A DNA stretch of 64,000 nt from a virus, in the IMG/VR virus record IMGVR_UViG_3300050120_000169, positions 1 through 64,000 of that record. One strand, written 5' to 3'. The position numbers were made by a program, and so were the translations under genes. Shown here piece by piece: positions 18,831 through 29,140 of this stretch. The number at the start of each line of letters is the position of its first letter. Position 1 is the first letter of the stretch. Below the pieces are notes generated by a model. The model worked only from the letters and a program-made list of their open reading frames with translations. It had not been told where the DNA came from and did not search any database.

Positions 18831-20210
18831 ATGACGAACGCAATTGTTCAAGTCAGCGTAAGCCAAACCATTGCACCAGCACCAAGTAAGTTGCAACGGA
18901 CTGGCGCGATGATTAGTCAGGGGGGTACGACGCTCACCCCGGGGACTTACTCGCTTCTGACGCAGGACTCAGACCTGACGCCGCTTCTGACGCAGCCTCA
19001 GACCAATAGCACGCTTGCCTGGGCGTCGTCGGTTGTGACCGTTACGACTGCGGTGGCTCACGGCTACCCGACCGGCGCGCTAATCAACCTGACCATCTCC
19101 GGTGCGAACCCTGCCGGTTATAACGGCACGTTCCTGGCGACCATTACCAGCAGCACGCAATTTACTTATCCGCTAACTGGTAACCCCGGCGCGCAGGTAA
19201 GTGCTGGTACGACGGTCAATGCCTTCGTGACCCAACTAGGGGCCATGGTCAACACGTTCTACGACCAGAACGGTCTGTTGAGTGTGTATGTGCTTGAGCT
19301 TGGCACCGGCACCAGCACGACGGGTATCGCGTCGCTGGAGGCTTACATTGTCGCCAGCCCTGGTTTCTTCTACAGCTACTTGATTCCGCGTGGCTGGGAT
19401 GCAGATTCGACTTACCCAGCTTTCCTGGCGAACTACAACGCGCCAAACGCGAAGATTTACTTCTACACGACGGTGACGTTGAGTAGCTACGCGGCCTTGA
19501 CCAACAACCAGTTGAACAAGTGCTGCCCGGTGCTGATCGAAAGCACGAGTCCGGCTCTGCCGCCCGACGAGTTCTCGATGGCGGCGATGTGGTGGACCAC
19601 GCTCAATGCCAATCCCAGCAGCACGAACATGGTGCCTCCGCTGTGCTTCAGCTTCCTGATCGGCGTTACTGCCGGTACTTGGACGGGTCCGCAATTGACT
19701 GCGTTCAAGACCAACAATGTCAACTACGTCGGGACCGGCGCAGAAGGCGGGATCAGCAAAGATATCCTGTACTGGGGCAATATGCCTGACGGCAACCCCT
19801 GGAACTACTGGTACTCGGCTGACTGGTCGCAGATCAATTTGGACCTCGATATCAGCAACACGATTATCAACGGTAGCAACACCAGCATCAATCCGCTCTA
19901 CTACAACCAGGACGGTGTGAATCGTCTTCAGGCGACGGCAGTGCAGACGATGCAGGAAGCGATTGCGTACGGCTTGGCGTACGGTACGCTGGTGCAAACC
20001 CAGCTTGATCCTACGACCTTTGCCAATAACGTGTCGGCTGGCCTGTACCTGGGTTATGTGGTGGTCAACGCCGTGCCGGTGGCGACGTGGCTGGCATCGA
20101 ATCCAAGCACGTATTCCGAGGGTATTTACGGGGGCTTGGCCGCGCTCTACACGCCAGCCCGAGGGTTTGAACAGATCCTGTTCAACCTTAACGTCAGCAA
20201 CTTGGCATAA
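18831..20210 (+). CDS. Contractile tail sheath protein (DUF3383-like)
   Basis: IVQVSVSQT, GAEGGIS, YWYSADW.QI, NPLYYNQDGVNRLQ. Confidence 0.8.
   Translation: MTNAIVQVSVSQTIAPAPSKLQRTGAMISQGGTTLTPGTYSLLTQDSDLTPLLTQPQTNSTLAWASSVVTVTTAVAHGYPTGALINLTISGANPAGYNGTFLATITSSTQFTYPLTGNPGAQVSAGTTVNAFVTQLGAMVNTFYDQNGLLSVYVLELGTGTSTTGIASLEAYIVASPGFFYSYLIPRGWDADSTYPAFLANYNAPNAKIYFYTTVTLSSYAALTNNQLNKCCPVLIESTSPALPPDEFSMAAMWWTTLNANPSSTNMVPPLCFSFLIGVTAGTWTGPQLTAFKTNNVNYVGTGAEGGISKDILYWGNMPDGNPWNYWYSADWSQINLDLDISNTIINGSNTSINPLYYNQDGVNRLQATAVQTMQEAIAYGLAYGTLVQTQLDPTTFANNVSAGLYLGYVVVNAVPVATWLASNPSTYSEGIYGGLAALYTPARGFEQILFNLNVSNLA
19689..19704. repeat. Dispersed palindrome copy 5 (variant)
   Basis: CCGCAATTGACTGCGT, in sheath CDS. 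Confidence 0.7.
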
Positions 20211-20222
20211 GGGGTATAGAAC

Positions 20223-20675
20223 ATGGCAACGCAAACTAACCCCCTCATTGCCCAGGGCACGCTTAACCGGCTCCGGGGTAGTGTAGTGTGGGCGAACTTC
20301 CCCACGCTGAATGTCACGGCCCCGTTCTTGAATAAAGAAGGTATCCGGTTGGCCCTGGATGGCGAGGCTACGACTTTCATCCAGACGATTACCGGCGCGG
20401 TAACTTCGCCGGAACCGTACCAGATGATCACACTCACCATGAACATCCTGAAGACGAACGGTCTTGCAGCGCTGTATCAGGCGCAAATGCAGAACTCAAC
20501 GTTGCTGGGAAATGGCACGGTGATTACCGACACGAACGCCTTGCCGGTCTTCCCGCTGATCAACTGCGCTATCGAGTCGGTGCGCGAGTTGAGCTTTGCC
20601 GGTGAAGATGCGGGCTTTGCGGTGGTGGTTCGTGGCTACTGGATCGTTAATAACGCGCTGTGGAATTTGCTGTAA
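20223..20675 (+). CDS. Tail tube protein
   Basis: 150 aa after sheath; NPLIAQGTLNRLRGSV, TGAVTSPEPY. Confidence 0.7.
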   Translation: MATQTNPLIAQGTLNRLRGSVVWANFPTLNVTAPFLNKEGIRLALDGEATTFIQTITGAVTSPEPYQMITLTMNILKTNGLAALYQAQMQNSTLLGNGTVITDTNALPVFPLINCAIESVRELSFAGEDAGFAVVVRGYWIVNNALWNLL

Positions 20676-20702
20676 AAACCAGCGTAGTAGGGCACAGACA
20701 AA

Positions 20703-21272
20703 ATGACCAAATTAGATAAAAAACTAAATATCGTGCTCCCACTCGATTCTGGGTGGGTACACGCTACCCCTATCTCGTACGATATCTTCGAGAAGTATTT
20801 CGTGAGTATCTCCAAGGCTTTCTCGCGGTTGTTTAACGAGGGCCTTGGCACGTTTGCAGGGCCACGAGTGGCTTACCTGATGCTGAAGAAGGTGGCTGAA
20901 GAAGACGGCAACTGGGAAACACCTAATGGTGACGGTGTGAGCCAGGGGCTGATGAACGAAATTATCCGGTTGTCGAATGTGTTGCTGCCGGGTGAGCAGG
21001 GCTGGACATCACTCCCGTTGTACGAAGCGCTCCGGCAAGGAAAATTGGACCCTGACGAAAAGGCGGAGGTGCTAAACGGCCTTGTTTTTTTTACTTTGGC
21101 TTCGTCGATGGCACGGAAGGCGGACTTGAGGGGGGTGCTCTCTGGGATAGTAAAATTCTGGGATGGGCAAATCACGTTGTCCGACTCTACGGCTTTTCTA
21201 GCCTCCTTGCCGACATTGACACCAGTAGAGCCTACTGGTCCGAAGGAGCCAGCATCGCCCATACCGTCTTGA
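20703..21272 (+). CDS. Tail assembly chaperone (probable -1 frameshift extension to 21400)
   Basis: Between tube and tape measure; slippery GTT TTT TTT at 21084-21092; -1 frame open to TGA 21398-21400. Confidence 0.75.
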   Translation: MTKLDKKLNIVLPLDSGWVHATPISYDIFEKYFVSISKAFSRLFNEGLGTFAGPRVAYLMLKKVAEEDGNWETPNGDGVSQGLMNEIIRLSNVLLPGEQGWTSLPLYEALRQGKLDPDEKAEVLNGLVFFTLASSMARKADLRGVLSGIVKFWDGQITLSDSTAFLASLPTLTPVEPTGPKEPASPIPS

Positions 21273-21404
21273 ACTGGGTGGTAGAAGACGGGTATAGGCA
21301 GTTTTTTGGTCAGTCAGACTACGAATTTGAATTCACGTCCGCACAGCATTACAGGAACCGGCACCTTTTGGCGGCGATGAGGCCTCGGCGGTCCAGATGA
21401 AATA

Positions 21405-21420
21405 GCGCAATTGATTGCGG
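21405..21420. repeat. Dispersed palindrome copy 6
   Basis: GCGCAATTGATTGCGG, intergenic before tape measure. Confidence 0.9.
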
Positions 21421-21430
21421 AGCGTGAATC

Positions 21431-23410
21431 GTGGCAGATAAACCAATCCTCAAGATTCCTGTGGACACCCAGGAGTGGGATCAGTTCGTAGATAAGTTCA
21501 ATGCCTACCAAAAGGTGTTGGAAACCCAGGGCGAGCAGTGGGCTGACACGAACAAAGGTGTCAAGGAAGTCTCGAAATCCTTCGATCAAGTAGAAGGGTC
21601 GTTCGACAAGTTGGTTAAGGCCGCAGTAAATCCCGCGTTCGCTGATAAGAGTACCGGCACCTTTGCACGCTTTGAGAAAAGCTCGCAGAAGACTGCTGGG
21701 TTCTGGAAAGCCACCGAGCGCTCGCTCGAAAAAACCAGTAAGTATTTCGAAACCTTCGTGCGTTCGGGCATCAAGTGGGAAGGACTCGCCAAGGGCGGCG
21801 GCTTGATCGGTGGGGTGCTAGGTATTGGTGGTGCCATATTGGGCGCTACTGAAAAGGCCTCGAATGACTTTGCTGGTCAAAATAAGCTGAATCGCTCTCT
21901 TGGATTAAAGCCAGGGGAGCAACAGGCGTTCACCAACGCGTTTGGTCCTGCGGGCGCTGATGATGCACTGCTCGCCAAGATGGCAGCGGCTAAGAACGAC
22001 CCTAACCAGTGGCACGGGTTGTTGGCGGCTGGTATCAATCAGCAGGAAATCCTAAGTAAGAACCCTGAGCAGCTTGCCGCCGAGTTTATGGAAAAGGCGG
22101 GGGATCGCTTTAACAAGCTGGGTCCGAATGGCGGCGCTTGGGCGAATTCCACAGGTGTGTCAGAGTTCCTGGACCCTAATCAGCTTCGGCTTGCTGGTTC
22201 GTATAACCACGGCCAGTATCAGGGCTTCCAAGGGCAATACGAGCAAGACGTACCGAAGTTTGCCGCCCAGCAGTCTGTGCTGGATGAAGCTACCAAGGCC
22301 AAACAGGATTTCGATAAGGCGTGGACTCAGCTTGATTTGGCGTTTGACAAGGCGGCGATGAAACTCACGCCGGATGTGGTCAAGCTGGTAGACGAGTTCG
22401 CAGATATGGTGAGTGCGTTTGCTGATTCGAAAGAATTCGCTACGGATGTCAAGGATTTCAAGGAAGACATCCACACTATGGGTGTGGCCGCCAAGTGGGT
22501 AGCTGATCATTTAAATCACCTATTCGGGCTAGACAAGCCGGGTGCCGATAAGAAGACTCACGTAGACCCACAGGGGTGGGGTGGGAAGCTGTTGTCGTTT
22601 GGTAAGTACACCTGGGATGCCATAACTGGGAATCAGTTCACGCCACCTAAATACGATTACGGTGGTGATGACGACACTTCAGATGCGAATGGTGGCGCAC
22701 CGAACGGTAGCGCGGGCTATGAAGACAAGATGCTCGACGCGATTAAGATGAACGAGTCGAGCGGTGTGAATGGCAAGACGAACCCTGACACGGGCGCGGC
22801 TGGCCTGTATGGCATCATGCCCGAAAACTCTACGAAAGCCGGTATCGACCCGATGGATCCGGTGGCTAGTCGCGGATTGGCTAAAAAGATTTATGACAGT
22901 TTCCTCACCAAGTACCACGGTGACAGTGCAAAGGCTCTGGCCGCTTATGACGGCTTCGGCGGCTTGGATAAAGACATTGCCAAGTACGGCGATCAGTGGC
23001 GCAGCCATATTGACGAATATCAAAGTACAGGTGAGACCATTAAGTATCTGAAGCGCATCGAAAAGCAGGGGCTTAATATTGGCCCCGGGACTAATGACGC
23101 CGATACCAAACCCAGCAAGCTCGACACCACGCCGATTGATGGTATGGATGTGCAACCGTACACGCCAGAAGAAGAGAAGGCGAAAGATCAGAGTGATAAG
23201 CAGTATGTGAAGGACCAGATGAAGGGCAACCGTAATATGTTTGGGGTATTTCAAGACCTGTTCACCCCTGGTGCTGGGAATAAGTACCTACCCCCGGACA
23301 ATCAGTCCAAGGCTACGTCTGGTCAGCAAGCGCCCTATAACATCAATGTCTCGGTCAGCGCTCCCCCTGGCACTAACACGGCTGTAACGGCTGGGGGGCT
23401 GGCACAGTGA
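21431..23410 (+). CDS. Tape measure protein with lytic transglycosylase domain
   Basis: Helical N-terminal region; SLT motifs ESSG, GAAGLYGIMP, ALAAY, ETIKYL. Confidence 0.75.
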   Translation: MADKPILKIPVDTQEWDQFVDKFNAYQKVLETQGEQWADTNKGVKEVSKSFDQVEGSFDKLVKAAVNPAFADKSTGTFARFEKSSQKTAGFWKATERSLEKTSKYFETFVRSGIKWEGLAKGGGLIGGVLGIGGAILGATEKASNDFAGQNKLNRSLGLKPGEQQAFTNAFGPAGADDALLAKMAAAKNDPNQWHGLLAAGINQQEILSKNPEQLAAEFMEKAGDRFNKLGPNGGAWANSTGVSEFLDPNQLRLAGSYNHGQYQGFQGQYEQDVPKFAAQQSVLDEATKAKQDFDKAWTQLDLAFDKAAMKLTPDVVKLVDEFADMVSAFADSKEFATDVKDFKEDIHTMGVAAKWVADHLNHLFGLDKPGADKKTHVDPQGWGGKLLSFGKYTWDAITGNQFTPPKYDYGGDDDTSDANGGAPNGSAGYEDKMLDAIKMNESSGVNGKTNPDTGAAGLYGIMPENSTKAGIDPMDPVASRGLAKKIYDSFLTKYHGDSAKALAAYDGFGGLDKDIAKYGDQWRSHIDEYQSTGETIKYLKRIEKQGLNIGPGTNDADTKPSKLDTTPIDGMDVQPYTPEEEKAKDQSDKQYVKDQMKGNRNMFGVFQDLFTPGAGNKYLPPDNQSKATSGQQAPYNINVSVSAPPGTNTAVTAGGLAQ

Positions 23411-24654
23411 GGTATTACCGCGTAGTCATTACTGACCCGACCACGAATGAAATTCTGGTGCCGAATTACAACGGTATTCCGGGTTTCACACGGGTGGGGA
23501 ACGATACGAACATTTCGTCGTACACCAGTCTTAATTACGGTCAGACTGTGACTGCGTTTGGCAGCACGAATATGTCAGCCCAGATGGTGGAAGTAGATAT
23601 CCCAGTGGGGTTTTTGCATCAGCCTGGGCAGAATGCTTACATCAAGATTCATGGGGTGGGCATTGCCGAAATCGGCCAAGCAGCAGATTTACAGGGTATG
23701 AACATCGCCGTGTATGGGGGTATGGCCGCTGGCCTACCTTTGGCTAACCCGCTTGAATCAGGGCTGTTGGTCAACGCCATGGTACTCCAGTCGTTTGGAA
23801 TTTGGCTGGGACACGAGCAGTCGCTCAATATGTTCATGACTTTTCAAGGTAGTAGTCCTACATCGAACCAAACCTCTGGCAATCCGAGCAGTACGAGCAC
23901 TGTGCCAGTCCCGACTACGAATGAAAATCCGGCCAATATTGTCTTTCAATGGCGACCGGGCCAACCCCTGCTCACACCAGTGGTTAATACCTTACAAGTT
24001 GCGTACCCGAAGTACTCGATTGCCGGAGCCGTGCATAGTGGATTAGTGTGGAGTGGCGCGACTGCCACGGGCTATTTCAATACGCTTGAGCAGTTTTCTG
24101 CCTATTTATATCAAAAGTCACTTTCTATCATTAGTGGCTATGCGCCTATTAATCCACTACCACAGAACTACCCCAGCAATTACCCAGGGGTGCGGCTTGC
24201 ATTGCAAAACAATACGATTACGATTCAGGATGGCACGACGCAAACCACGCCGAAGCAGATCCAGTTTATTGATTTGGTGGGCCAACCGACTTGGAGCCAA
24301 CGCTATCAAGTGCAGGTGACGTGCGTAATGAGAGCGGATATTAACTGTGGTGATTATGTGCGGCTCCCGCCGTCCCCAGGAATCACCACGCTGGGTAGTA
24401 ACAGTGAGTACTTCAACCCTTCTGGGGGCAACATATACGCGACTGCTAAGGACAGCAGCATCTTCAGCGGGGTTTTTGAAGTGATAGCTGTTCGACATGT
24501 GGGGAATAACCGGGATCCGAATGCTCAGTCCTGGGTGACCACACTCGATTTATTGAATATGTCTTACGGGCAACCAGAGGTCGTAGATACCCTGCCAGTC
24601 TTGTACAATGGCCCTACTGGTGGTAGCGCATATTCTTTCTATTTGCCGAGTTAG
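23407..24654 (+). CDS. Baseplate hub-like protein
   Basis: MRYY.VVI, GGMAAGLPLANP, DLVGQPTW, MRADI..GD, VRHVG. Confidence 0.65.
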   Translation: MRYYRVVITDPTTNEILVPNYNGIPGFTRVGNDTNISSYTSLNYGQTVTAFGSTNMSAQMVEVDIPVGFLHQPGQNAYIKIHGVGIAEIGQAADLQGMNIAVYGGMAAGLPLANPLESGLLVNAMVLQSFGIWLGHEQSLNMFMTFQGSSPTSNQTSGNPSSTSTVPVPTTNENPANIVFQWRPGQPLLTPVVNTLQVAYPKYSIAGAVHSGLVWSGATATGYFNTLEQFSAYLYQKSLSIISGYAPINPLPQNYPSNYPGVRLALQNNTITIQDGTTQTTPKQIQFIDLVGQPTWSQRYQVQVTCVMRADINCGDYVRLPPSPGITTLGSNSEYFNPSGGNIYATAKDSSIFSGVFEVIAVRHVGNNRDPNAQSWVTTLDLLNMSYGQPEVVDTLPVLYNGPTGGSAYSFYLPS

Positions 24655-24656
24655 TC

Positions 24657-25430
24657 ATGCCAAGCTTAGACCAAACGATTTTCAAGCTAGGTTTTCAAAT
24701 TTCACCGGTTATTTTGGTGAATGGTGTGGCGTCGCAAATTCCTGGGCAGATGCTACCCATTGTTGCCTTGACTCAAGCGGCTGACTTCACGCTAGGCCTG
24801 TTGAGTGGTGGTGCCAGCTTACCCTCATCGTTGGATCAATATTTTGCCCATTGGAAACCCCTACCCGGTACAACGCTGATTCAAAACACTATCGGCCAGT
24901 ATCCCTTTGCCAATCAAGCGGTGGCGGCGAACTCGATCATTGCCCAGCCGTTGCAGATCAGTATGTTGATGGCGTGCCCAGTGCAGGAGGAAGGTGGCTA
25001 TCCGGCCAAACTGGCTACCATGACGGTATTGGTGCAAACGCTCAATCAGCACAATGCGATGGGGGGCGTATATACAATTGCCACTCCAGCCCAGATTTAC
25101 CCGAACTGCATCTTGCTGGCCGTGCGTGATGTGTCTAGTGGGGAGAGCAAGCAGGTACAATTTGCTTACCAGTTCGACTTCGTGCAGCCGCTGATTACGA
25201 TCAACCAAGCGACGCAGGTTTATAACTCCCTGATGAACACCATTTCTGGTGGCTTACCCACGAGCTTGACCCCTTCGTGGAGTGGCTTGTCCTCCACCAC
25301 GGGTGCCAATTTAGTATCAGCCCCTGGTGCAGCTATTCCCTCTCTCACCAATATGGCTGGTGCAGCGGCTTCGGGGGTTGGGTCTGGTGCGATTGGTGGT
25401 GTGCTAGGTGGCACGGGGATAGGACTATGA
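24657..25430 (+). CDS. Baseplate/tail initiator-like protein
   Basis: FQISPVILV.G, YPFANQAVAAN, H...GG.Y.IATP, F.QPLIT. Confidence 0.55.
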   Translation: MPSLDQTIFKLGFQISPVILVNGVASQIPGQMLPIVALTQAADFTLGLLSGGASLPSSLDQYFAHWKPLPGTTLIQNTIGQYPFANQAVAANSIIAQPLQISMLMACPVQEEGGYPAKLATMTVLVQTLNQHNAMGGVYTIATPAQIYPNCILLAVRDVSSGESKQVQFAYQFDFVQPLITINQATQVYNSLMNTISGGLPTSLTPSWSGLSSTTGANLVSAPGAAIPSLTNMAGAAASGVGSGAIGGVLGGTGIGL

Positions 25431-25912
25431 CTACCGTTCAGTTTCAACCATCACCCACGGCGAATACCCGGTTCCAAGCGACGCTTGATAGTCAGGTGTA
25501 CAACGTGGTTATCAATTGGAATTTGTTCGGTGCCCGGTATTACGTGAATATCTACACGTTGGCGGGTCAGCGTATTGTGACTGAGCCGTTGATTGGCTCG
25601 CCACTGGGTTATGACCTGTCTTCATTGACCAGTGATAACAACATCGCCAGTGCTGTGACGGCGGTGAGTCACACCTACACGGTCGGTAGTATTGTGCCCT
25701 TGCAGATTGCCGGGAACACCCCGACCGCATTTAACGGCACGTTCAATTGCAACATTACCGGCCCGAACAGTTTTACTTATCCCCTGCCAGGGACGATTGA
25801 TCAGGCTACACAATTGGGCACGGCCACATACACCCTGAGCCTTACAGCCGGGTATTTCAACAGCACTATGGTGTATTTTCCGGACAACGAGCAGATCATC
25901 ATCACTCCCTAA
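25427..25912 (+). CDS. Baseplate plug-like protein with inserted beta module
   Basis: F.PS....FQATLD, WN.FG.RYY.NIY; ATG 25427 with AGGA RBS. Confidence 0.6.
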   Translation: MTTVQFQPSPTANTRFQATLDSQVYNVVINWNLFGARYYVNIYTLAGQRIVTEPLIGSPLGYDLSSLTSDNNIASAVTAVSHTYTVGSIVPLQIAGNTPTAFNGTFNCNITGPNSFTYPLPGTIDQATQLGTATYTLSLTAGYFNSTMVYFPDNEQIIITP

Positions 25913-25914
25913 GT

Positions 25915-25930
25915 CCGCAATTAATTGCGG
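25915..25930. repeat. Dispersed palindrome copy 7
   Basis: CCGCAATTAATTGCGG perfect palindrome, intergenic. Confidence 0.9.
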
Positions 25931-25938
25931 AGGAATTC

Positions 25939-26694
25939 GTGACCATTGAACTGAAGAACCCGCTGTTCAAATCGATCCCAGCGGCGATTCATAAGCGAGT
26001 AGTGAATGCTTTCCAGTTGACAGGGAAGGCGCTCCCTTGCCACGTCACTGCTGTGAATGCTGCACCGAGTGGGGTGCTGATTACCGTGCAGTTCGATGTC
26101 AGTGATATCCACAATTTGCCACAGATTACGATTCCCCTGTTTGGGCCTGAGTACATTCGTTACCCGATCAAGGCAACTGATCTGGGTGTGGTTATGCCGG
26201 TAGATGCTAGTGTGGCTTACACCAGCGGGCAGAGTAGTGGTATTTCTGATTTGAGTGACCCGGCCAACCTTGAGGCGCTGTATTTCATGCCGATTGGTAA
26301 TAAGAACTGGGTATCAGTAGACCCTGATCAGGTGACGATTTATGCCCCCAATGGTGCGACAATACGCGACACGAACAGTGGTGCGGTCATTGTGTTGCAC
26401 CCCACGGAGATAACGATTACTGTAGGGTCCAGTAGCTGGGCGATGAACAGTACTAGCGTGACTGTGACTACCACACACTACGTAGTCAATGCCTCAGCCG
26501 ATGCCACGATCACCGCGCCACAGATTGTGTTGGATGGTCAGATGACGCAGGGCACCAGTGGCGCGGGCTACCCGGCGACCTTGCAGGGTCCGGTTACTGT
26601 GGTTCACGAGGTTACAGCCGCAAGTATCCCGCTCAGCACTCACTTGCACAGCGATGCTGGTGGCACGGGCGATTCTGGTCCGCCTATCCCATAA
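25939..26694 (+). CDS. Baseplate spike protein
   Basis: GKALPC.V, EYIRYP, beta-rich C-terminus ending with an HxH metal-binding tip (THLH..GG.G.SGPP). Confidence 0.75.
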   Translation: MTIELKNPLFKSIPAAIHKRVVNAFQLTGKALPCHVTAVNAAPSGVLITVQFDVSDIHNLPQITIPLFGPEYIRYPIKATDLGVVMPVDASVAYTSGQSSGISDLSDPANLEALYFMPIGNKNWVSVDPDQVTIYAPNGATIRDTNSGAVIVLHPTEITITVGSSSWAMNSTSVTVTTTHYVVNASADATITAPQIVLDGQMTQGTSGAGYPATLQGPVTVVHEVTAASIPLSTHLHSDAGGTGDSGPPIP

Positions 26695-26704
26695 GGAGCA
26701 TGAA

Positions 26705-27046
26705 ATGCGGGTCTACGGAAGAATTTACAACGGGGGTGTGCCGCAATGGGTTGTGGTGGAAACTGACGCCGCAGGGAATAGCGAGTACGTGTACGTGACG
26801 TGGCTTATTCAGGTGTTGAAGCTGTGCCTGGGTGAAAGCCCGTTCTACGCGAATTATGGTATCCCGGCTGTGCCTTCAGTTGTGCAGCAGATCTTCCCAG
26901 ATTTTTATGTGGCCCAGGTGCAGCAGCAATTTCAGCAGTATTTCGCGTCGCTGATCATTAGCAAGGTGCCGAGCCTCACACCCACGTACAACGTGAATAT
27001 TCTGATGTTCAATGGAACTGTATTTTCCGCAACTATCGCGGGGTAG
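26705..27046 (+). CDS. Baseplate wedge protein (gp25-like)
   Basis: MRVYGR, LKL.LGESPFYANYGIPA; ATG 26705 after AGGAG. Confidence 0.6.
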   Translation: MRVYGRIYNGGVPQWVVVETDAAGNSEYVYVTWLIQVLKLCLGESPFYANYGIPAVPSVVQQIFPDFYVAQVQQQFQQYFASLIISKVPSLTPTYNVNILMFNGTVFSATIAG

Positions 27047-27048
27047 AC

Positions 27049-27672
27049 ATGTTTTATACCTATTTACACCTGACTACTGATGGAAAACCTTTTTATATCG
27101 GAAAAGGGTGTGGTCATCGAGCTTGGTCGAAAGCGAATCGCAATAACCATTGGCAACGTACTGTTGAGAAATACGGCTTACAAGTAGTAGTTTTAGCTGA
27201 ATGGGCAACAGAAGAAGAAGCTTTTGAGCACGAAAAAGTCCTAATTGCGTGTTTCCGTGACATGGGCCACAAATTGGTGAACCGCACTGACGGGGGTGGC
27301 GGTGTATCTGGATTAGTGATGACTGCTGAGTGGAAGCAGAAAAAACGAGAATTTCGTACAGGCAAAAAACACTCGGTTGAAACTCGAAAAAAGATAGCAG
27401 AGGCTAATAGATTAAGAGTAAAGAAACCAGAAAGTATTGAAAAACAGCGGACAAAAATTATTGGTCGAAAAGCAACTATTGAGCAGCGTCTTAAGCAGTC
27501 CTTAGCGGCGAAAGGGAAGAAAAAGCCAGATGGTTTTGGTGAAAAAATACGTCAAGCAAGAACTGGAGTGCCTAGAACCCCAGAAACTATTGAGCGTATG
27601 CGACAAGGGGCGCTGGCAACAGCCAAGAGAAAACGTAACGGCACGGTATTCCAGGCGACGATTGCTGGTTGA
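27049..27672 (+). mobile_element. Free-standing GIY-YIG homing endonuclease with NUMOD3-like repeats
   Basis: FYTYLH...PFYIGKG...RA, E..LI, LVN.TDGG, GKKHSVETRKKI; AT-rich relative to flanks. Confidence 0.85.
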
Positions 27673-27724
27673 CCAGCACCCGTAAATGTTAAACTGTGCG
27701 CAGATAAAGAATTAGGTGGAATGA

Positions 27725-29140
27725 ATGTCGACCATCCCGATTATCATGACAACCACGGGTGTGCAGCCGCAGAGTCCGGCTTCACTGCTCCAGCAGTTGC
27801 TTGCGAATGTGGCGGCGACTAACCCCGGCTATACGGCGAATCTTCCAGGCACTCTTATAGAAGACATCAGTTCGACTGACGTGGGCGCGCTCGCGTTGTG
27901 CGATGCGGCCTTTGTCGAGCTTGTGAATAGCATCACCCCTGGCAGTGCCAACGCTTTCATCTTGAATCAGCTTGGTCAGCAGTTTGGGGTTCCCCAAGGT
28001 ATGGGGTATAACACGAATGTGAATGTGGTTTTCACCGGCCCAGCAGGCTTCGTGATATCCCAAGGTTTTATCGTCAGTGATGGCGTCTATCAGTACGTGG
28101 TACAAAACCCTGCCATTATTCCCACGAGTGGATCCACTGGGTCGGTCTATTGCCTAGCCCAGCTTTCTGGTACTTGGGCAGTTCCTGCCGACACGGTGAA
28201 TGTGATTATCAGCAGTGTGCCGAGCGGTATCACTGTAACCGTGACCAACCCCATTGCGGGAATTCCAGGGAACGGTACGGAGACCACGGCGGCTTATCAA
28301 GCTCGTGTGGTGCAGGCAGGTTTAAGCACTTGCCAGGGCATGACCACGACCTTGCGCAACGCCCTGCAAGCTGTTAGTGGCGTGCAACCGAACTTAGTGT
28401 CTGTGCTACAAAAGACAGGGCAGTGGGAGATTATTTGTGGCGGCGGGGATCCATACGAGGTGGCGTTCGCTATCTTTACCGGCCTAGGCGACATTTCCAA
28501 CCTGATCGGTAGCACGCTGAGTGTGGCAAGTATCACGAAAGCCAACCCTGGCGTGGTAACTACCAACCAAAACCACGGCTTCACTACTGGGCAGGTAATA
28601 CATATTACCGGCATTGTCGGTATGACCGCGCTTAATGGGGTAGCACTGACGATCACGGTAACGGGCCTGGAATCCTTCACCATCGGGGTAGATACCACGA
28701 GTTACGCGACTTATGTAAGTGGCGGGGTAATTCTGCCCAATCCGCGCAATATTTCAGTCAGTATCAACGATTACCCAGACACGTATGTAATTCCATTTGT
28801 GAATCCTCCACAGCAAGTGGTGGGAATTACCGCGACGTGGAACACCATCAGCACCAACTACATCAGTCCTGCGGCTATTTCGAGCTACGCGCAACCACCG
28901 ATGATTGCTTATGTGAATGCGATCACTGTGGGTCAGCCGTTGAACTTGCTTGACTTGCAGGGCATCTTTCAGACAGCCGTTGCCCCGATCCTGCCCGCGT
29001 CGCTGCTAATCAGTTTGACTTTTGTTGTGACCATTGACAGTGTTGTGACTGCGCCAGAATCTGGCACCCAAATTATTGTTGGCGACCCAGAATCGTACTT
29101 CTTTACGACTGCCGCTGACATTTCGATTGTCCAGCTATGA
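27725..29140 (+). CDS. Baseplate J-like protein
   Basis: PGYTANLPGTLIEDISST, V.FTG..GFVI..GF.V.DG, ET..AY.ARV. Confidence 0.8.
   Translation: MSTIPIIMTTTGVQPQSPASLLQQLLANVAATNPGYTANLPGTLIEDISSTDVGALALCDAAFVELVNSITPGSANAFILNQLGQQFGVPQGMGYNTNVNVVFTGPAGFVISQGFIVSDGVYQYVVQNPAIIPTSGSTGSVYCLAQLSGTWAVPADTVNVIISSVPSGITVTVTNPIAGIPGNGTETTAAYQARVVQAGLSTCQGMTTTLRNALQAVSGVQPNLVSVLQKTGQWEIICGGGDPYEVAFAIFTGLGDISNLIGSTLSVASITKANPGVVTTNQNHGFTTGQVIHITGIVGMTALNGVALTITVTGLESFTIGVDTTSYATYVSGGVILPNPRNISVSINDYPDTYVIPFVNPPQQVVGITATWNTISTNYISPAAISSYAQPPMIAYVNAITVGQPLNLLDLQGIFQTAVAPILPASLLISLTFVVTIDSVVTAPESGTQIIVGDPESYFFTTAADISIVQL

Noticed and set aside
14181-20486. Long minus-strand ORFs (14181..15263, 19236..20486 and others)
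   Set aside because: Antisense shadows of codon-biased + strand genes; no recognisable motifs.
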